From assembly GCA_039679675.1 (NCBI GenBank), contig JBDKUN010000009.1, positions 22,863-86,862 on the forward strand: 64,000 nucleotides of DNA, given 5' to 3'. The position numbers and the translations under genes are program-made. The notes under the pieces are model-generated. The model made no database searches. It was not told the DNA's origin and worked only from the letters and a program-made list of their open reading frames with translations. How positions within the stretch are numbered: position 1 is the first letter of the stretch; each line of letters opens with the position of its first letter. Positions 19,848 to 29,479 of this stretch are shown one piece after another. Origin of the DNA: Armatimonadota bacterium. GTDB taxonomy: Bacteria; Armatimonadota; UBA5829; DTLH01.

Positions 19848-22409
19848 GTGGTAATTCGCTCACGTCATTTATATAGGACTATCCTGTTTTTATTCTTGGT
19901 TGTAATAATGGAGGTAATACCATCAATGTCGATGTCGAAGCAGGCTGGCGATGCATCCGCGAAGCTTACGATGAGTTCAAACAGCATTCTCATCAATGAG
20001 CAGGGCTGGGTACTTCCGGTCTCGCTCACATGCCCGGAGTTCGTTTTTGAAGGTAAAACAGTGGGAGTGGGGATAACTCCTGCCGACATTAGGGGAGATA
20101 TTGCACGTAAGCTCGTTACAGCATCTTTTTCTCCAATCGATCTTGATAGCTCAGCAAAACTGGAAGTAAAGCTCCATGTTGAGTGGTCCAAAAAGGAACA
20201 GATTTTACGCAAATGGGCCGAATACAGGATCACTGGAACAGATAGGCCTCTTCTTCTTAAAGAAATAGTGCTCGAACGGCTGGAGACTCCCGGGCAAACG
20301 GCTACAGTTACCATGAAACCTGGGCAGTTCCAGAGCTACCCTGTCTTTGTGCAAGCCTTCTACACCGGAATAGAGTTTCCGGTTGCTGCTGTTCGGTCGG
20401 AAAACGGCAGATTACTCCTTGCGCATCGCCCCGGCATCTACATTCAACCGAACAAATGGTATGAGAGCAAAAAAGCGATATTCGGAGCGGCTCCGGTAGG
20501 TCAGGAAAAACAGAATTTCAAGAACTATATAGCTGCCCACCGCACCAACCCTAAAGGATTCCACATCGACTACAACAGTTGGTGGACAACGAAAGTCCCC
20601 TATTCGGAGGAAGAGATTCTGGACCTGATGCATACATTCAAAGTAAAGATGTTCGAGCCCTGCAAGGAGTGCTTCGACTCTTTCTGCATAGACATGGGCT
20701 GGTCTGAGCCAAAATCCTTCTGGGACATTAACACGAAGCTGTTTCCTGATAAGTTCACCCCGATTATGAAAAAAGCGAAGGAGATGAAGTCGAATCTTGG
20801 CCTATGGATTTCCCCCAGCAATGCCTATACACCGAGCTCGATGGACAACGAGTGGGCGAAGGATAACGGATATGAAACCTTCCCAGTGGATTGGCACGCA
20901 GGCAGGCTGTGCTGCCTGGGCGGAAATAAGTATCAGACAGGATTCAGAGACAGACTTGTTGAGATGGTCACCAAATACGGCATCCGGCAGATAAAGTTCG
21001 ACGGCTATAACGGCCAGTGCCAGGAATCGAACCATGGTCATGCACCTGGTGAATACTCTGCTGAGGCTGTAGCAGAGGGTTTGATCAAATCTTTCGTCGC
21101 AATTCGTCAGGCTGCACCGGACACATGGATGGAAACGACCTGCATGACTTGGAACCCGAGCCCGTGGTGGCTTTTCTATGTGGATTCCGTCATCGGAACA
21201 TACGGCGACGATTCACCTGCAGGCCGAATACCGTGTCCGGTCTACCGGGAGAGCTACACAACAGCAAGAGACTATTACAACCTTCAAGGCGCGGCACTCC
21301 TGCCGATACCGGTAGTCGCACAAGAAGTGCTTGGGATTATTCACCAGACCCCGGAACCGTTTATGGACGACGCTGTGACCACTATTATGCGCGGGCACAT
21401 GTTCCTTCCGGTCTATCTCAATCCGTTATATATGACCGATGCGCGCTGGAAGACTTTTGCAGAGATCCTGACCTGGGCCAGAAAAAATGAGAGTGTCCTG
21501 GAAGAGACTCAGCCGATACTTCCTGATTCATGGCAAAACGGCGCCGTTCCTGAGTTCGAGGAAAACGCAGAAATGCCGCGTGAACCATACGGTTATGCAC
21601 ATTTCAAAGGGAATAGCGGCCTTGTAGAGCTCAGAAACCCCTGGATTACCGGATGCAACTATCTGCTCAAGCTGGACGAAAAGCTCGGACTTGCTTCGGA
21701 TGCAAAAGGGCTTACTGTAGTGAGCCTGTACCCGGAAATCCGCGTTTACGGGCAGAATTTGAGCCCTGGGCAGTCTCTGGATGTTCCGCTTGCTCCCTAT
21801 GAGACCGTGGTGCTCTCCGTAGCTCCGAATCAGCTAGTTAAGGGCATTCCATCCGCAGTCGATGCGCTTAAAGGATGCGGAAAAGTGGAGATCAAGCAGG
21901 TAGAGAAGACCCGCGTAGAGTTTTTGGATGCCAAAGACTACCTTCCAGGAGGTGCGAAGACGGCTGTTAAGCTGAATTTGGGGGCAAATGTGGAAGTTAC
22001 CGCACCGAGTGCCGAGCTTCTGGTCCTTGTAGAAGGAGAAACCCCGGCTGTCACGCCTATCGGCTCTATTGAAGTGAACGGTGTCGAGAAGAAACCCATG
22101 GTCACTGGTTCCGCAACCGGCTGGACAGCAACACAGCTTCCCCCGCACGGACATTGGACATTCCTTTCTGTGCCACTCGAAAAGGGAGAGAATACTATAG
22201 CACTCGATCTCTATGCAGGTATCGGCGTGTACAAGATGTCCGCATGGGTCTGGGCCAAAAAGCCAGGTCTGACGAATGTGCCAAACTACAAGAACGCGCT
22301 TCCTGAGCCGGAGCAGATTTCGCTCCAGTCGGTGGCGCTTGTAGAGCCATTCGATCTCAATTCTGTGACTGTGCCGGTTGCTAAAGAAGATTACCCGCTT
22401 CACAGATAA
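19848..22409 (+). CDS. Secreted alpha-galactosidase-like (GH36-clan) protein
   Basis: YNSWW, FCIDMGW, GLWISP and IKFDG TIM-barrel motifs. Confidence 0.65.
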   Translation: MVIRSRHLYRTILFLFLVVIMEVIPSMSMSKQAGDASAKLTMSSNSILINEQGWVLPVSLTCPEFVFEGKTVGVGITPADIRGDIARKLVTASFSPIDLDSSAKLEVKLHVEWSKKEQILRKWAEYRITGTDRPLLLKEIVLERLETPGQTATVTMKPGQFQSYPVFVQAFYTGIEFPVAAVRSENGRLLLAHRPGIYIQPNKWYESKKAIFGAAPVGQEKQNFKNYIAAHRTNPKGFHIDYNSWWTTKVPYSEEEILDLMHTFKVKMFEPCKECFDSFCIDMGWSEPKSFWDINTKLFPDKFTPIMKKAKEMKSNLGLWISPSNAYTPSSMDNEWAKDNGYETFPVDWHAGRLCCLGGNKYQTGFRDRLVEMVTKYGIRQIKFDGYNGQCQESNHGHAPGEYSAEAVAEGLIKSFVAIRQAAPDTWMETTCMTWNPSPWWLFYVDSVIGTYGDDSPAGRIPCPVYRESYTTARDYYNLQGAALLPIPVVAQEVLGIIHQTPEPFMDDAVTTIMRGHMFLPVYLNPLYMTDARWKTFAEILTWARKNESVLEETQPILPDSWQNGAVPEFEENAEMPREPYGYAHFKGNSGLVELRNPWITGCNYLLKLDEKLGLASDAKGLTVVSLYPEIRVYGQNLSPGQSLDVPLAPYETVVLSVAPNQLVKGIPSAVDALKGCGKVEIKQVEKTRVEFLDAKDYLPGGAKTAVKLNLGANVEVTAPSAELLVLVEGETPAVTPIGSIEVNGVEKKPMVTGSATGWTATQLPPHGHWTFLSVPLEKGENTIALDLYAGIGVYKMSAWVWAKKPGLTNVPNYKNALPEPEQISLQSVALVEPFDLNSVTVPVAKEDYPLHR

Positions 22410-22607
22410 AATGCAGCTTGGACGATTGCAAGAAATCAAATGTTACCAGGCTCGACTATTGCTTACACAGCTTCATCGATAATGTAATGCTTGCAGAACA
22501 ACATACCAAGTAAAGTGGATTATTATTCAAAGCCTATTGACATATTAGAAGGAGCTGAGCGATAATAGGTTGCTTCTTTTTCTCCTTTCACTACCTCAAT
22601 GGAGGGG

Positions 22608-22642
22608 GCTTGGCTGAACGCCCAACAGCCAAGCTATTTTTT
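22608..22642 (+). terminator. Rho-independent terminator
   Basis: GCTTGGCTG-loop-CAGCCAAGC followed by TATTTTTT. Confidence 0.7.
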
Positions 22643-22761
22643 GGAGGAGGCAGCTGCTGTTGGCTGCTCCGAACCCTCTGACGCCTCTTAAACGTAAGAA
22701 AAATGCCTCATTAATCGCTCAAAATATATCGTAATCACTAAGACAAAAGCGATTAACATTC

Positions 22762-22790
22762 TTGACATCTGTGTGTCTGGATGCTAGTAT
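22762..22790 (+). promoter_or_regulatory. Sigma70 promoter for the ncRNA-RT transcript
   Basis: TTGACA (22762-67), 17 bp spacer, TAGTAT (22785-90) with extended -10 TG. Confidence 0.8.
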
Positions 22791-22796
22791 TAATAT

Positions 22797-23110
22797 GCTC
22801 TTCCGTTAAGCGCGAAGAGGTATGGCGTTCACTTTGTCAACCACCCACTGAACAGCTGCATTAAGCTGAACAGTGACCGTGATATGGCACACTGCCTGAA
22901 GAACAGTGGCAACCACAGTCGCTGTCCAGGTAAGCACGAACTGTACGTCATAGTCATTATAGCTCGGAATGTTTCCTTGCGGGCTTCTGGTCTTTCAGAA
23001 GGACAATGTCTCACGCTAACAGCATGGGCGTTGAGTGTGCGCGGGGGGAGGATGCAGTCGGATACCGCAAGTCCGCTTCCCCTCGCTTTGCTTTTAACCT
23101 ATAGCGAGGA
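22797..23110 (+). ncRNA. DRT2-associated ncRNA (template ~22827-22970 plus 3' scaffold)
   Basis: Lies between a strong promoter and a DRT2-like RT. Many hairpins (CTCTTC/GAAGAG; CACTG-aa-CAGCT/AGCTG-aa-CAGTG; CTTCTG/CAGAAG; GCGGGGGGA/TCCCCTCGC). Contains antisense -35 (TGTCAA 22835-40) and -10 (ATTATA 22956-61). Confidence 0.85.
22827..22970 (-). other. neo: Cryptic Neo-like repeat unit (144 nt, 48 codons), complete only in concatemeric cDNA
   Basis: Stop-free frame IPSYNDYDVQFVLTWTATVVATVLQAVCHITVTVQLNAAVQWVVDKVN. The head-to-tail junction rebuilds TTGACA-aagtgaacattccgagc-TATAAT. Confidence 0.75.
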
Positions 23111-23112
23111 CC

Positions 23113-24372
23113 ATGTGTAGTATGGAAACACCGCAGTGGTATAAGAATCGCGAGTACCCACATTTCGATAAACCCCTATCAATAGCAGCAGCCATTAAGC
23201 TTGTAGAAAATAAGCAAGAGGTTGAAAAGCACGCTTTCCTCCCTTTTATAAAGTGGCAGATAACTGAACGTAGATATAAGCGCAAGTTACACAGAACTGG
23301 ATTAAAGTGTCGCAGTATTGCTTGCGCTGCACATACAGACTCTCACATATTTGCCTATTATGCATCTTTATTGAATGCCTTGTATGAAGAAAAATTAGCT
23401 ACTCTGGATATTGGCGATTGTGTTCTAGCCTACAGGCGCTTTGGAGGTAAATGCAATATTCACTTTGCACAAGAAGCATTTGAGCACATAAAGAGCTTAA
23501 AATCTTGTCGTGTCATGGCGCTTGATGTAAAGGGGTTTTTTGATAATATTGATCATCTATTGCTAAAGAAAGCATGGTGCCAATTGCTCGGCGTTAGTCG
23601 ATTACCGAAAGATCATTATGTTGTTTATAAAGCGATGACCCGTTATGCTTATGTGAATAAAGACGCACTATACAAGGAATTTGAGATTGGACGTCGACGT
23701 GCAGCTAAACTGAAGGGTTCCATATGTTCACCTCTTGAATTTAGAACAAAGGTCAGAGCTGGAAACCTGATTAACGTTCATACTGATACTTATGGGATTC
23801 CACAAGGATCACCTATCAGCGCCGTCTTATCAAACTTGTATCTTTTGTCTTTTGATATTGCACTGTCTGACAAAGTCAAAGAGTGTGGCGGCTTGTATAG
23901 ACGCTACAGCGATGACATTCTCGTTGTATGTCCCCTCTTCAAGGACTGCTGTTTAGATTTTATCAAAGAACACCTGCATAAACTGAAACTCGACCTTAGT
24001 GAAGACAAAACTACCATCACAAATCTAGGTAAAGATGAGAGCGTTACAAAAAACACTAGTATACAATACCTTGGATTGGAATTGATAAATGGTCAAATTC
24101 TCATTCGTCATAAAGCTATTGCCAGATATCAGCGGAGAATGAAAGAATCTGTTCGTTCAACAATTAGAGCAGCAAATAAAGCCAAAAGAAAGGGGTCAAC
24201 CGGGGAGGCATATAAGCGCAAACTATACGAACGCTTTACTCATCTTAGTAAAAACAGCAGTTATCCTCAATATATCAAGCGGGCCTCTAGGATAACGAGT
24301 TCAGAAGCCATTACGAAGCAGCATCGAAATCATTGGCAGCAGTTACACGACTTACTTAAGCATAGACGCTAA
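23113..24372 (+). CDS. drt2: Antiviral reverse transcriptase, DRT type 2 (UG2)
   Basis: N-terminus WYKNREYPHFDKP...HAFLPFI, AAHTDSHIFAYY, KCNIHFA, LDVKGFFDNIDH, LPKDHYVVYK, GIPQGSPISAVLSNLYL, YRRYSDD, QYLG. This matches my recollection of DRT2 RTs along the full ~420 aa. AT-richer than its neighbours. Confidence 0.9.
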   Translation: MCSMETPQWYKNREYPHFDKPLSIAAAIKLVENKQEVEKHAFLPFIKWQITERRYKRKLHRTGLKCRSIACAAHTDSHIFAYYASLLNALYEEKLATLDIGDCVLAYRRFGGKCNIHFAQEAFEHIKSLKSCRVMALDVKGFFDNIDHLLLKKAWCQLLGVSRLPKDHYVVYKAMTRYAYVNKDALYKEFEIGRRRAAKLKGSICSPLEFRTKVRAGNLINVHTDTYGIPQGSPISAVLSNLYLLSFDIALSDKVKECGGLYRRYSDDILVVCPLFKDCCLDFIKEHLHKLKLDLSEDKTTITNLGKDESVTKNTSIQYLGLELINGQILIRHKAIARYQRRMKESVRSTIRAANKAKRKGSTGEAYKRKLYERFTHLSKNSSYPQYIKRASRITSSEAITKQHRNHWQQLHDLLKHRR

Positions 24373-24514
24373 CAGCCTGTCATTTATAATTGTAGCTAGA
24401 CACACTATTTAGAAATTCCTCTATGATCTCCAAGCATCGATAATACCCAATCTTTATGATTGCTACAAATTGTTGATTTGGCTTGCTCAATATGGTAAAC
24501 TAAAAAGGTTTGCA

Positions 24515-24600
24515 TCACGCACCGCATCCGGATCGGCTGCCGGGGTGCCTCTAAGAGGTCGGCGCCGGGGTGATGGAGCGGGAGGTAATAACTAACAAGG
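24515..24600 (+). ncRNA. rpsB 5' leader (t44/S2 autoregulatory RNA)
   Basis: CAC...CCGGGGTGCCTCTAAGAGGTCGG...GGAGGTAATAAC closely resembles the E. coli rpsB leader. Extended -10 TGGTAAACT upstream. Confidence 0.75.
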
Positions 24601-24613
24601 AGGAAATCAAAAC

Positions 24614-25429
24614 TTGGCATCGATCACAATGAAAGAACTGCTGGAGGCAGGGGTACACTTCGGCCACCAGACCCGCAGATGGAACCCTAAGATGAAAAGG
24701 TACATCTACGGAGGCCGGAACGGTATCTACATCATCGACCTGCATCAGACACTCAAGCTCTTTGAAGAGGCCCGGCAGTTCGTGCAGGACGTAGTCGCCG
24801 AAGGAGAAGTCGTTCTCTTCGTAGGGACAAAGAAACAGGCTCAGGACGCCGTCCAGGAAGCAGCAAAGCGCTGCGGTATGTATTATGTCGACCAGAGATG
24901 GCTCGGCGGCATGCTCACAAACTTCCGCACAATCCAGACCAGAATAGCCCGCTTGAACGAGCTCAAAAAGATGGCGGAGGACGGAGTATTCGAGCAGTTG
25001 CCCAAGAAGGAAGCAGCCCTTCTCCGTGAGGAGTCGGACAGGCTGGAGCGGTTCCTCGGCGGTATCAAGGATATGCCCAAGCTCCCCGGCGCTATGTTCA
25101 TCGTCGACCTGAAGAAGGAGCGCATAGCTCTTGCTGAGGCCAGAAAGCTCGACATTCCTGTTGTAGCCATCGTAGACACAAACTGCGACCCGGACGAAGT
25201 AGATTACGTAATTCCCGGCAATGATGACGCTATCCGCGCCATCAAGCTGATCTCGAATAAGATCGCCGACGCTATCCTTGAAGTCCGGCAGGTAGAGACT
25301 GAGGGCGAAGAGGTAGAGGCTGAGGCCGAGGGCGCTGAAGCTGAAGCGGAAAAACCTGAGGCAGAGGCTGAAGGCGAGACTTCGGAAGAGGCCGCAGCAT
25401 TCCTGAGCGAAGCTCCAGAAGCCGAATAA
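24614..25429 (+). CDS. rpsB: 30S ribosomal protein S2
   Basis: [22 protein letters not shown]; PGNDDAIRA. Confidence 0.99.
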   Translation: MASITMKELLEAGVHFGHQTRRWNPKMKRYIYGGRNGIYIIDLHQTLKLFEEARQFVQDVVAEGEVVLFVGTKKQAQDAVQEAAKRCGMYYVDQRWLGGMLTNFRTIQTRIARLNELKKMAEDGVFEQLPKKEAALLREESDRLERFLGGIKDMPKLPGAMFIVDLKKERIALAEARKLDIPVVAIVDTNCDPDEVDYVIPGNDDAIRAIKLISNKIADAILEVRQVETEGEEVEAEAEGAEAEAEKPEAEAEGETSEEAAAFLSEAPEAE

Positions 25430-25471
25430 GCCGGTACCCGGTCAACTCGACCGGCCTTAATAGTAGATTTA

Positions 25472-25502
25472 GTTTGCGCAGGGCACAAAGCCCTGCGCAA
25501 AC
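25472..25502. repeat. Strong hairpin between rpsB and tsf (attenuator/REP-like)
   Basis: GTTTGCGCAGGGC-acaaa-GCCCTGCGCAAAC. Confidence 0.6.
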
Positions 25503-25573
25503 CTGTACGTAGTGCGTTTGCACACCGGAAAATTTTAGTGTTTTGAATATAAGATTTTAACAGGAGGCATCAA

Positions 25574-26173
25574 GTGGCAATAACGGCCAATATGGTCAAA
25601 GAATTAAGGGAAAAAACCGGCGCCGGAATGATGGACTGCAAAAAGGCGCTCGAAGAGACCGGCGGCGATTTCGATAAAGCGGCAAATCTGCTCAGACAAA
25701 AGGGTATCGCAGTAGCCGCAAAGCGTGAGACCAAGGCAGCGACCGAAGGGACCATCGGTGCGTACGTCCACACCGGCGGAAAGATCGGCGTGCTTGTGGA
25801 GCTGGGATGCGAGACCGACTTCGTTGCGAAGACTGATGAGTTTCAGGTGCTTGCCAGAGACCTTGCCATGCAGATAGCCTGGGGGAACCCCAAGTATATC
25901 AAACGCGAGGAAGTTCCTGCAGATCAGGTCGAGCAGGAGAGGGAAGTCCACAAGCAGTGGGCCATCAAGGAAGGCAAGCCGGAAAAAGCGCTCGACAGTA
26001 TCGTTGCCGGACGTATGGAGAAGTTCTACGAGGACATAGTACTGCTTGACCAGCCGTTTATCCGCGATTCGGACGTCAAGATCAATGATCTGATCAACGA
26101 CACGATGGGCAGACTGGGCGAGAAGATCGTCGTGCAGAGGTTCGTGAGATATCGAGTAGGAGAGCAGGGGTAG
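25574..26173 (+). CDS. tsf: Elongation factor Ts (short form)
   Basis: [19 protein letters not shown]; CETDFVA. Confidence 0.98.
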   Translation: MAITANMVKELREKTGAGMMDCKKALEETGGDFDKAANLLRQKGIAVAAKRETKAATEGTIGAYVHTGGKIGVLVELGCETDFVAKTDEFQVLARDLAMQIAWGNPKYIKREEVPADQVEQEREVHKQWAIKEGKPEKALDSIVAGRMEKFYEDIVLLDQPFIRDSDVKINDLINDTMGRLGEKIVVQRFVRYRVGEQG

Positions 26174-26180
26174 TCGTAGC

Positions 26181-26909
26181 ATGCAGGACAAGCCGCGTTG
26201 GAACCGGGTACTCCTGAAGCTTTCGGGCCAGGTGTTCGCGGGCAAGGATAGTGTCGGTATATGCTACGATACGATTGCGTCTATCGCAGAGGATGTTAAA
26301 GAACTAAAGGACAGCGGCGTCGACATGGCCATTGTCATAGGCGGAGGAAATATCATCCGCGGACAGGCGGCGTCGCGCGCCGGGATGGACCGTGCAAGCG
26401 CCGACTACATGGGTATGCTTGCAACAGTCATAAACTGCCTCGCCCTGCAGGATGCGCTGGAGAAACTTGGGATCGAGACACGCGTGCAGTCCGCGATAAC
26501 TATGTCCGAAGTCGCTGAACCGTTTATCAGGCGGCGGGCCATAAGGCACCTTGAAAAAGGCCGCGTGGTCATATTCGCTGCCGGAACGGGCAACCCGTAT
26601 TTTACGACCGACTCTGCCGCGGCGCTTCGAGCGCTCGAAATCAAGGCTCAGGCGGTCTTGAAGGCAACGAATGTCGATGGAATATATGACCGCGACCCGC
26701 ACAAAGACGCGGATGCGGTAATGCTTACCCATATCGACTACATGGACGCCATCAACCAGGGCCTGGGCATTATGGACCTTACGGCCTTTACGCTTTGTAT
26801 GGACAACAAAATGCCGATCGTGGTATTTAACATAACCCAGCGCGGCAACATCAAGCGAGCCGTGTGGGGTGAACAGATAGGAACGCTTGTTGGGGGGAAG
26901 AACGAGTGA
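26181..26909 (+). CDS. pyrH: UMP kinase
   Basis: [24 protein letters not shown]. Confidence 0.98.
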   Translation: MQDKPRWNRVLLKLSGQVFAGKDSVGICYDTIASIAEDVKELKDSGVDMAIVIGGGNIIRGQAASRAGMDRASADYMGMLATVINCLALQDALEKLGIETRVQSAITMSEVAEPFIRRRAIRHLEKGRVVIFAAGTGNPYFTTDSAAALRALEIKAQAVLKATNVDGIYDRDPHKDADAVMLTHIDYMDAINQGLGIMDLTAFTLCMDNKMPIVVFNITQRGNIKRAVWGEQIGTLVGGKNE

Positions 26910-27463
26910 TACCTGAGTTAATTAAGGATACAGAGCAAAGGATGACAAAGGCTGTGGAAGCTGCACAGCACGATTTCACTACTCTTCGTACAGGCCGGGC
27001 TAATCCGGTATTGCTTGACGGAATTCAGGTCGACTACTACGGCAGCAAGATGCCGTTGAACCAGCTTGCGGGAGTCTCCGCTCCGGAGCCCAGGCTGCTT
27101 GTAATAGCGCCATGGGACAAGGGCGCGCTTGCTCCAATCGAAAAAGCGATCATGAACTCGGAACTCGGCATGACTCCGCAGAATGACGGCAGCGTCATCA
27201 GGCTTCAGGTGCCGTACCTGACGGAAGAGCGGCGAAAAGAACTGACTAAAGTCCTGCATAAGAAGACCGAGGAGCACAAAATAGCGATTAGGAATATCCG
27301 CCGGGATGTAAATGAGCGGCTGAAAGAACAGGAAAAGAAACATGAGATCTCTGAAGATGAGAACAAGAGAGCTCAGGAGCAGGTTCAGAAGCTGACTGAT
27401 AAGTACATAGACCGGGTAGACGACCTGTCCAAGGCTAAAGAAGTCGAGTTGATGGAAGTTTAA
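26906..27463 (+). CDS. frr: Ribosome recycling factor
   Basis: [24 protein letters not shown]. Confidence 0.98.
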   Translation: MIPELIKDTEQRMTKAVEAAQHDFTTLRTGRANPVLLDGIQVDYYGSKMPLNQLAGVSAPEPRLLVIAPWDKGALAPIEKAIMNSELGMTPQNDGSVIRLQVPYLTEERRKELTKVLHKKTEEHKIAIRNIRRDVNERLKEQEKKHEISEDENKRAQEQVQKLTDKYIDRVDDLSKAKEVELMEV

Positions 27464-27583
27464 TCCATCGCAGATACGGAAGTGGCAATCAGCCGTCAGC
27501 CGCACAGCTTTCAAGCCGGAAACAGTTGCTGACGGCTGATTTGTTTTTATAGCTATCAGATCCTCATAGAAGAAAGACAAATA

Positions 27584-28318
27584 ATGACCAATATCGACCC
27601 AGACCGCGTGCCCAAGCACGTTGCTATAGTGATGGACGGCAATGGCCGGTGGGCTACCAGGCAGGGGCTTACCCGGGCAGAGGGACATGTGCAGGGGTAC
27701 ATAGCGCTCCGCAATATTGTCGAAGCTGCCTCAGACCTTGGTATCAAAGCCCTGACCGTATATGCGTTTTCGACCGAAAACTGGCGCAGGCCCAAAGATG
27801 AGGTGGAAGCGCTTATGCATCTCTTCGCCAGGGCAGCTCATCAGGAGATGGAAAACCTCCAGCAGAACAGTGTTCGGATGATGGTCAGCGGCCGGTTTCA
27901 TGAGCTGCCGAAAGAAGTGCAGGACAGCCTTAACGCAGACATAAAGGCCACAAAAAACAATACGCGGCTCATTCTCAACCTTGCCATAAACTATGGCGGG
28001 CGGAGCGAGATAGCAGACGCCGCGAGAGCGCTCGCGCGAAAAGCTGCGGCAGGGGAGATTTCACCGGAAGAGATCGACGAAAAGACTTTTTCTCAGTATA
28101 TGTATGCTCCTGAACTTCCTGACCCGGACCTTTTGATCCGAACCGCAGGTGAGATGAGGATAAGCAACTTTCTGATGTGGGAAATCGCCTACGCGGAGTT
28201 CTATGTGACTCAGGTGCTCTGGCCGGACTTCAACAGGGAAGAGCTCATTAAGGCTATACTGGACTATCAGGGGCGGACTCGCCGGTTCGGCGCAGTGGTA
28301 GAAGAGACGAAACAATAA
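27584..28318 (+). CDS. uppS: Undecaprenyl diphosphate synthase
   Basis: PKHVAIVMDGNGRWA, FSTENWRRP, RISNFLMW. Confidence 0.97.
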   Translation: MTNIDPDRVPKHVAIVMDGNGRWATRQGLTRAEGHVQGYIALRNIVEAASDLGIKALTVYAFSTENWRRPKDEVEALMHLFARAAHQEMENLQQNSVRMMVSGRFHELPKEVQDSLNADIKATKNNTRLILNLAINYGGRSEIADAARALARKAAAGEISPEEIDEKTFSQYMYAPELPDPDLLIRTAGEMRISNFLMWEIAYAEFYVTQVLWPDFNREELIKAILDYQGRTRRFGAVVEETKQ

Positions 28319-28321
28319 TTT

Positions 28322-29479
28322 ATGACTAAAAGGATTTCGATACTGGGTTCGACCGGCTCCATAGGCACTCAGGTGCTGGATGTGGCCGAACGGCTCCCGG
28401 AACAGATAGAAATAGTTGCCATCGCGGCCCACTCGAATGTGGAACTCCTGGCAAAACAGGCCCGGCATTTCAGGCCGAAGCTCGTTTCCATCGGTAAAGT
28501 CGAGCTGGAACAGGATCTCAAGCGGCTGATCGACGATCCTAATATAGAAGTGACCTCCGGTGACGGCGGCTGGAATGCAGTTGCGACTTTACCTTCAGCC
28601 GGCCAGGTAGTCGTCTCCGTCGCAGGCACTCCGGGGCTAATTCCGACTCTCGCCGCGATAGATGCGGGCAAGGAAATTGCTCTTGCAAGCAAGGAAGTGC
28701 TGGTCTGTGCCGGTGAGATCGTCACCCGCCGTGCGGAAGAGATGGGCGTAAAAATTGTCCCGATAGACAGCGAACACTCAGCCATCTTCCAGTGTCTGAA
28801 CGGAGAAGACAAAAAATCCGTAGAGAAGATATATCTCACAGCGTCGGGAGGAGCATTCCGGGACGCAAGCGTTGAAGATATGCGGGATGTGACGCCGGAC
28901 CAGGCGCTTGCCCACCCGACATGGCGGATGGGCAAAAAGGTCACAATTGATTCCGCCTCGCTTATGAACAAGGGGCTGGAAATCATCGAGGCGAGGTGGC
29001 TTTTCGGGGTCGATCCCCAAAATATCGAGGTAGTAATTCATCCGCAGAGTATAATACACTCTATGGTGATGTACAAAGACGGTTCGGTCATAGCGCAGAT
29101 TGGGCTTCCTGACATGCGGCTTCCGATACAGTATGCCTTGTTGTACCCTCTCAGGTATGACTCAGGGCTTCCGAGGGTAGATATACTTCAGGTGGGGAGC
29201 CTCGACTTCAGGGTACCGGATGCAGTGAAGTTTCCTGCGCTCAGGATTGCCCGCGAGGCGATCTGTACCGGCGGTACGATGCCTGCAGTAATGAACGCCG
29301 CCGACGAGGTTGCCGTTCAGATGTTTTTAGATAAAAAGATTGGTTTTCTTGACATAGCGAGGCTTGTGGAACGCGTGATGCAGTCACACAGTCCCATACT
29401 TCATCCGGCACTCGATGATATTCTTGCTTCGGACGGATGGGCAAGAGAGATGACCACAGACCTCGCAGGAGGAAATTAA
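28322..29479 (+). CDS. dxr: 1-deoxy-D-xylulose-5-phosphate reductoisomerase
   Basis: ILGSTGSIG, PIDSEHSA, HPTWRMGKKVTIDSA. Confidence 0.98.
   Translation: MTKRISILGSTGSIGTQVLDVAERLPEQIEIVAIAAHSNVELLAKQARHFRPKLVSIGKVELEQDLKRLIDDPNIEVTSGDGGWNAVATLPSAGQVVVSVAGTPGLIPTLAAIDAGKEIALASKEVLVCAGEIVTRRAEEMGVKIVPIDSEHSAIFQCLNGEDKKSVEKIYLTASGGAFRDASVEDMRDVTPDQALAHPTWRMGKKVTIDSASLMNKGLEIIEARWLFGVDPQNIEVVIHPQSIIHSMVMYKDGSVIAQIGLPDMRLPIQYALLYPLRYDSGLPRVDILQVGSLDFRVPDAVKFPALRIAREAICTGGTMPAVMNAADEVAVQMFLDKKIGFLDIARLVERVMQSHSPILHPALDDILASDGWAREMTTDLAGGN

Noticed and set aside
22829-23014. 61-aa minus-strand ORF as an ordinary gene
   Set aside because: No promoter in the genomic arrangement. The frame matters only as a possible alternative frame of the concatemer.
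22884-23120. 78-aa plus-strand ORF upstream of the RT as an effector gene
   Set aside because: No clear RBS or recognisable domain. It overlaps the hairpin-rich ncRNA, which explains the region better.
23113-24372. RT as a group II intron, retron or DGR enzyme
   Set aside because: No YADD/maturase/endonuclease region, no retron VTG motif or adjacent effector, and no TR/VR repeat pair or avd. The motifs fit DRT2.
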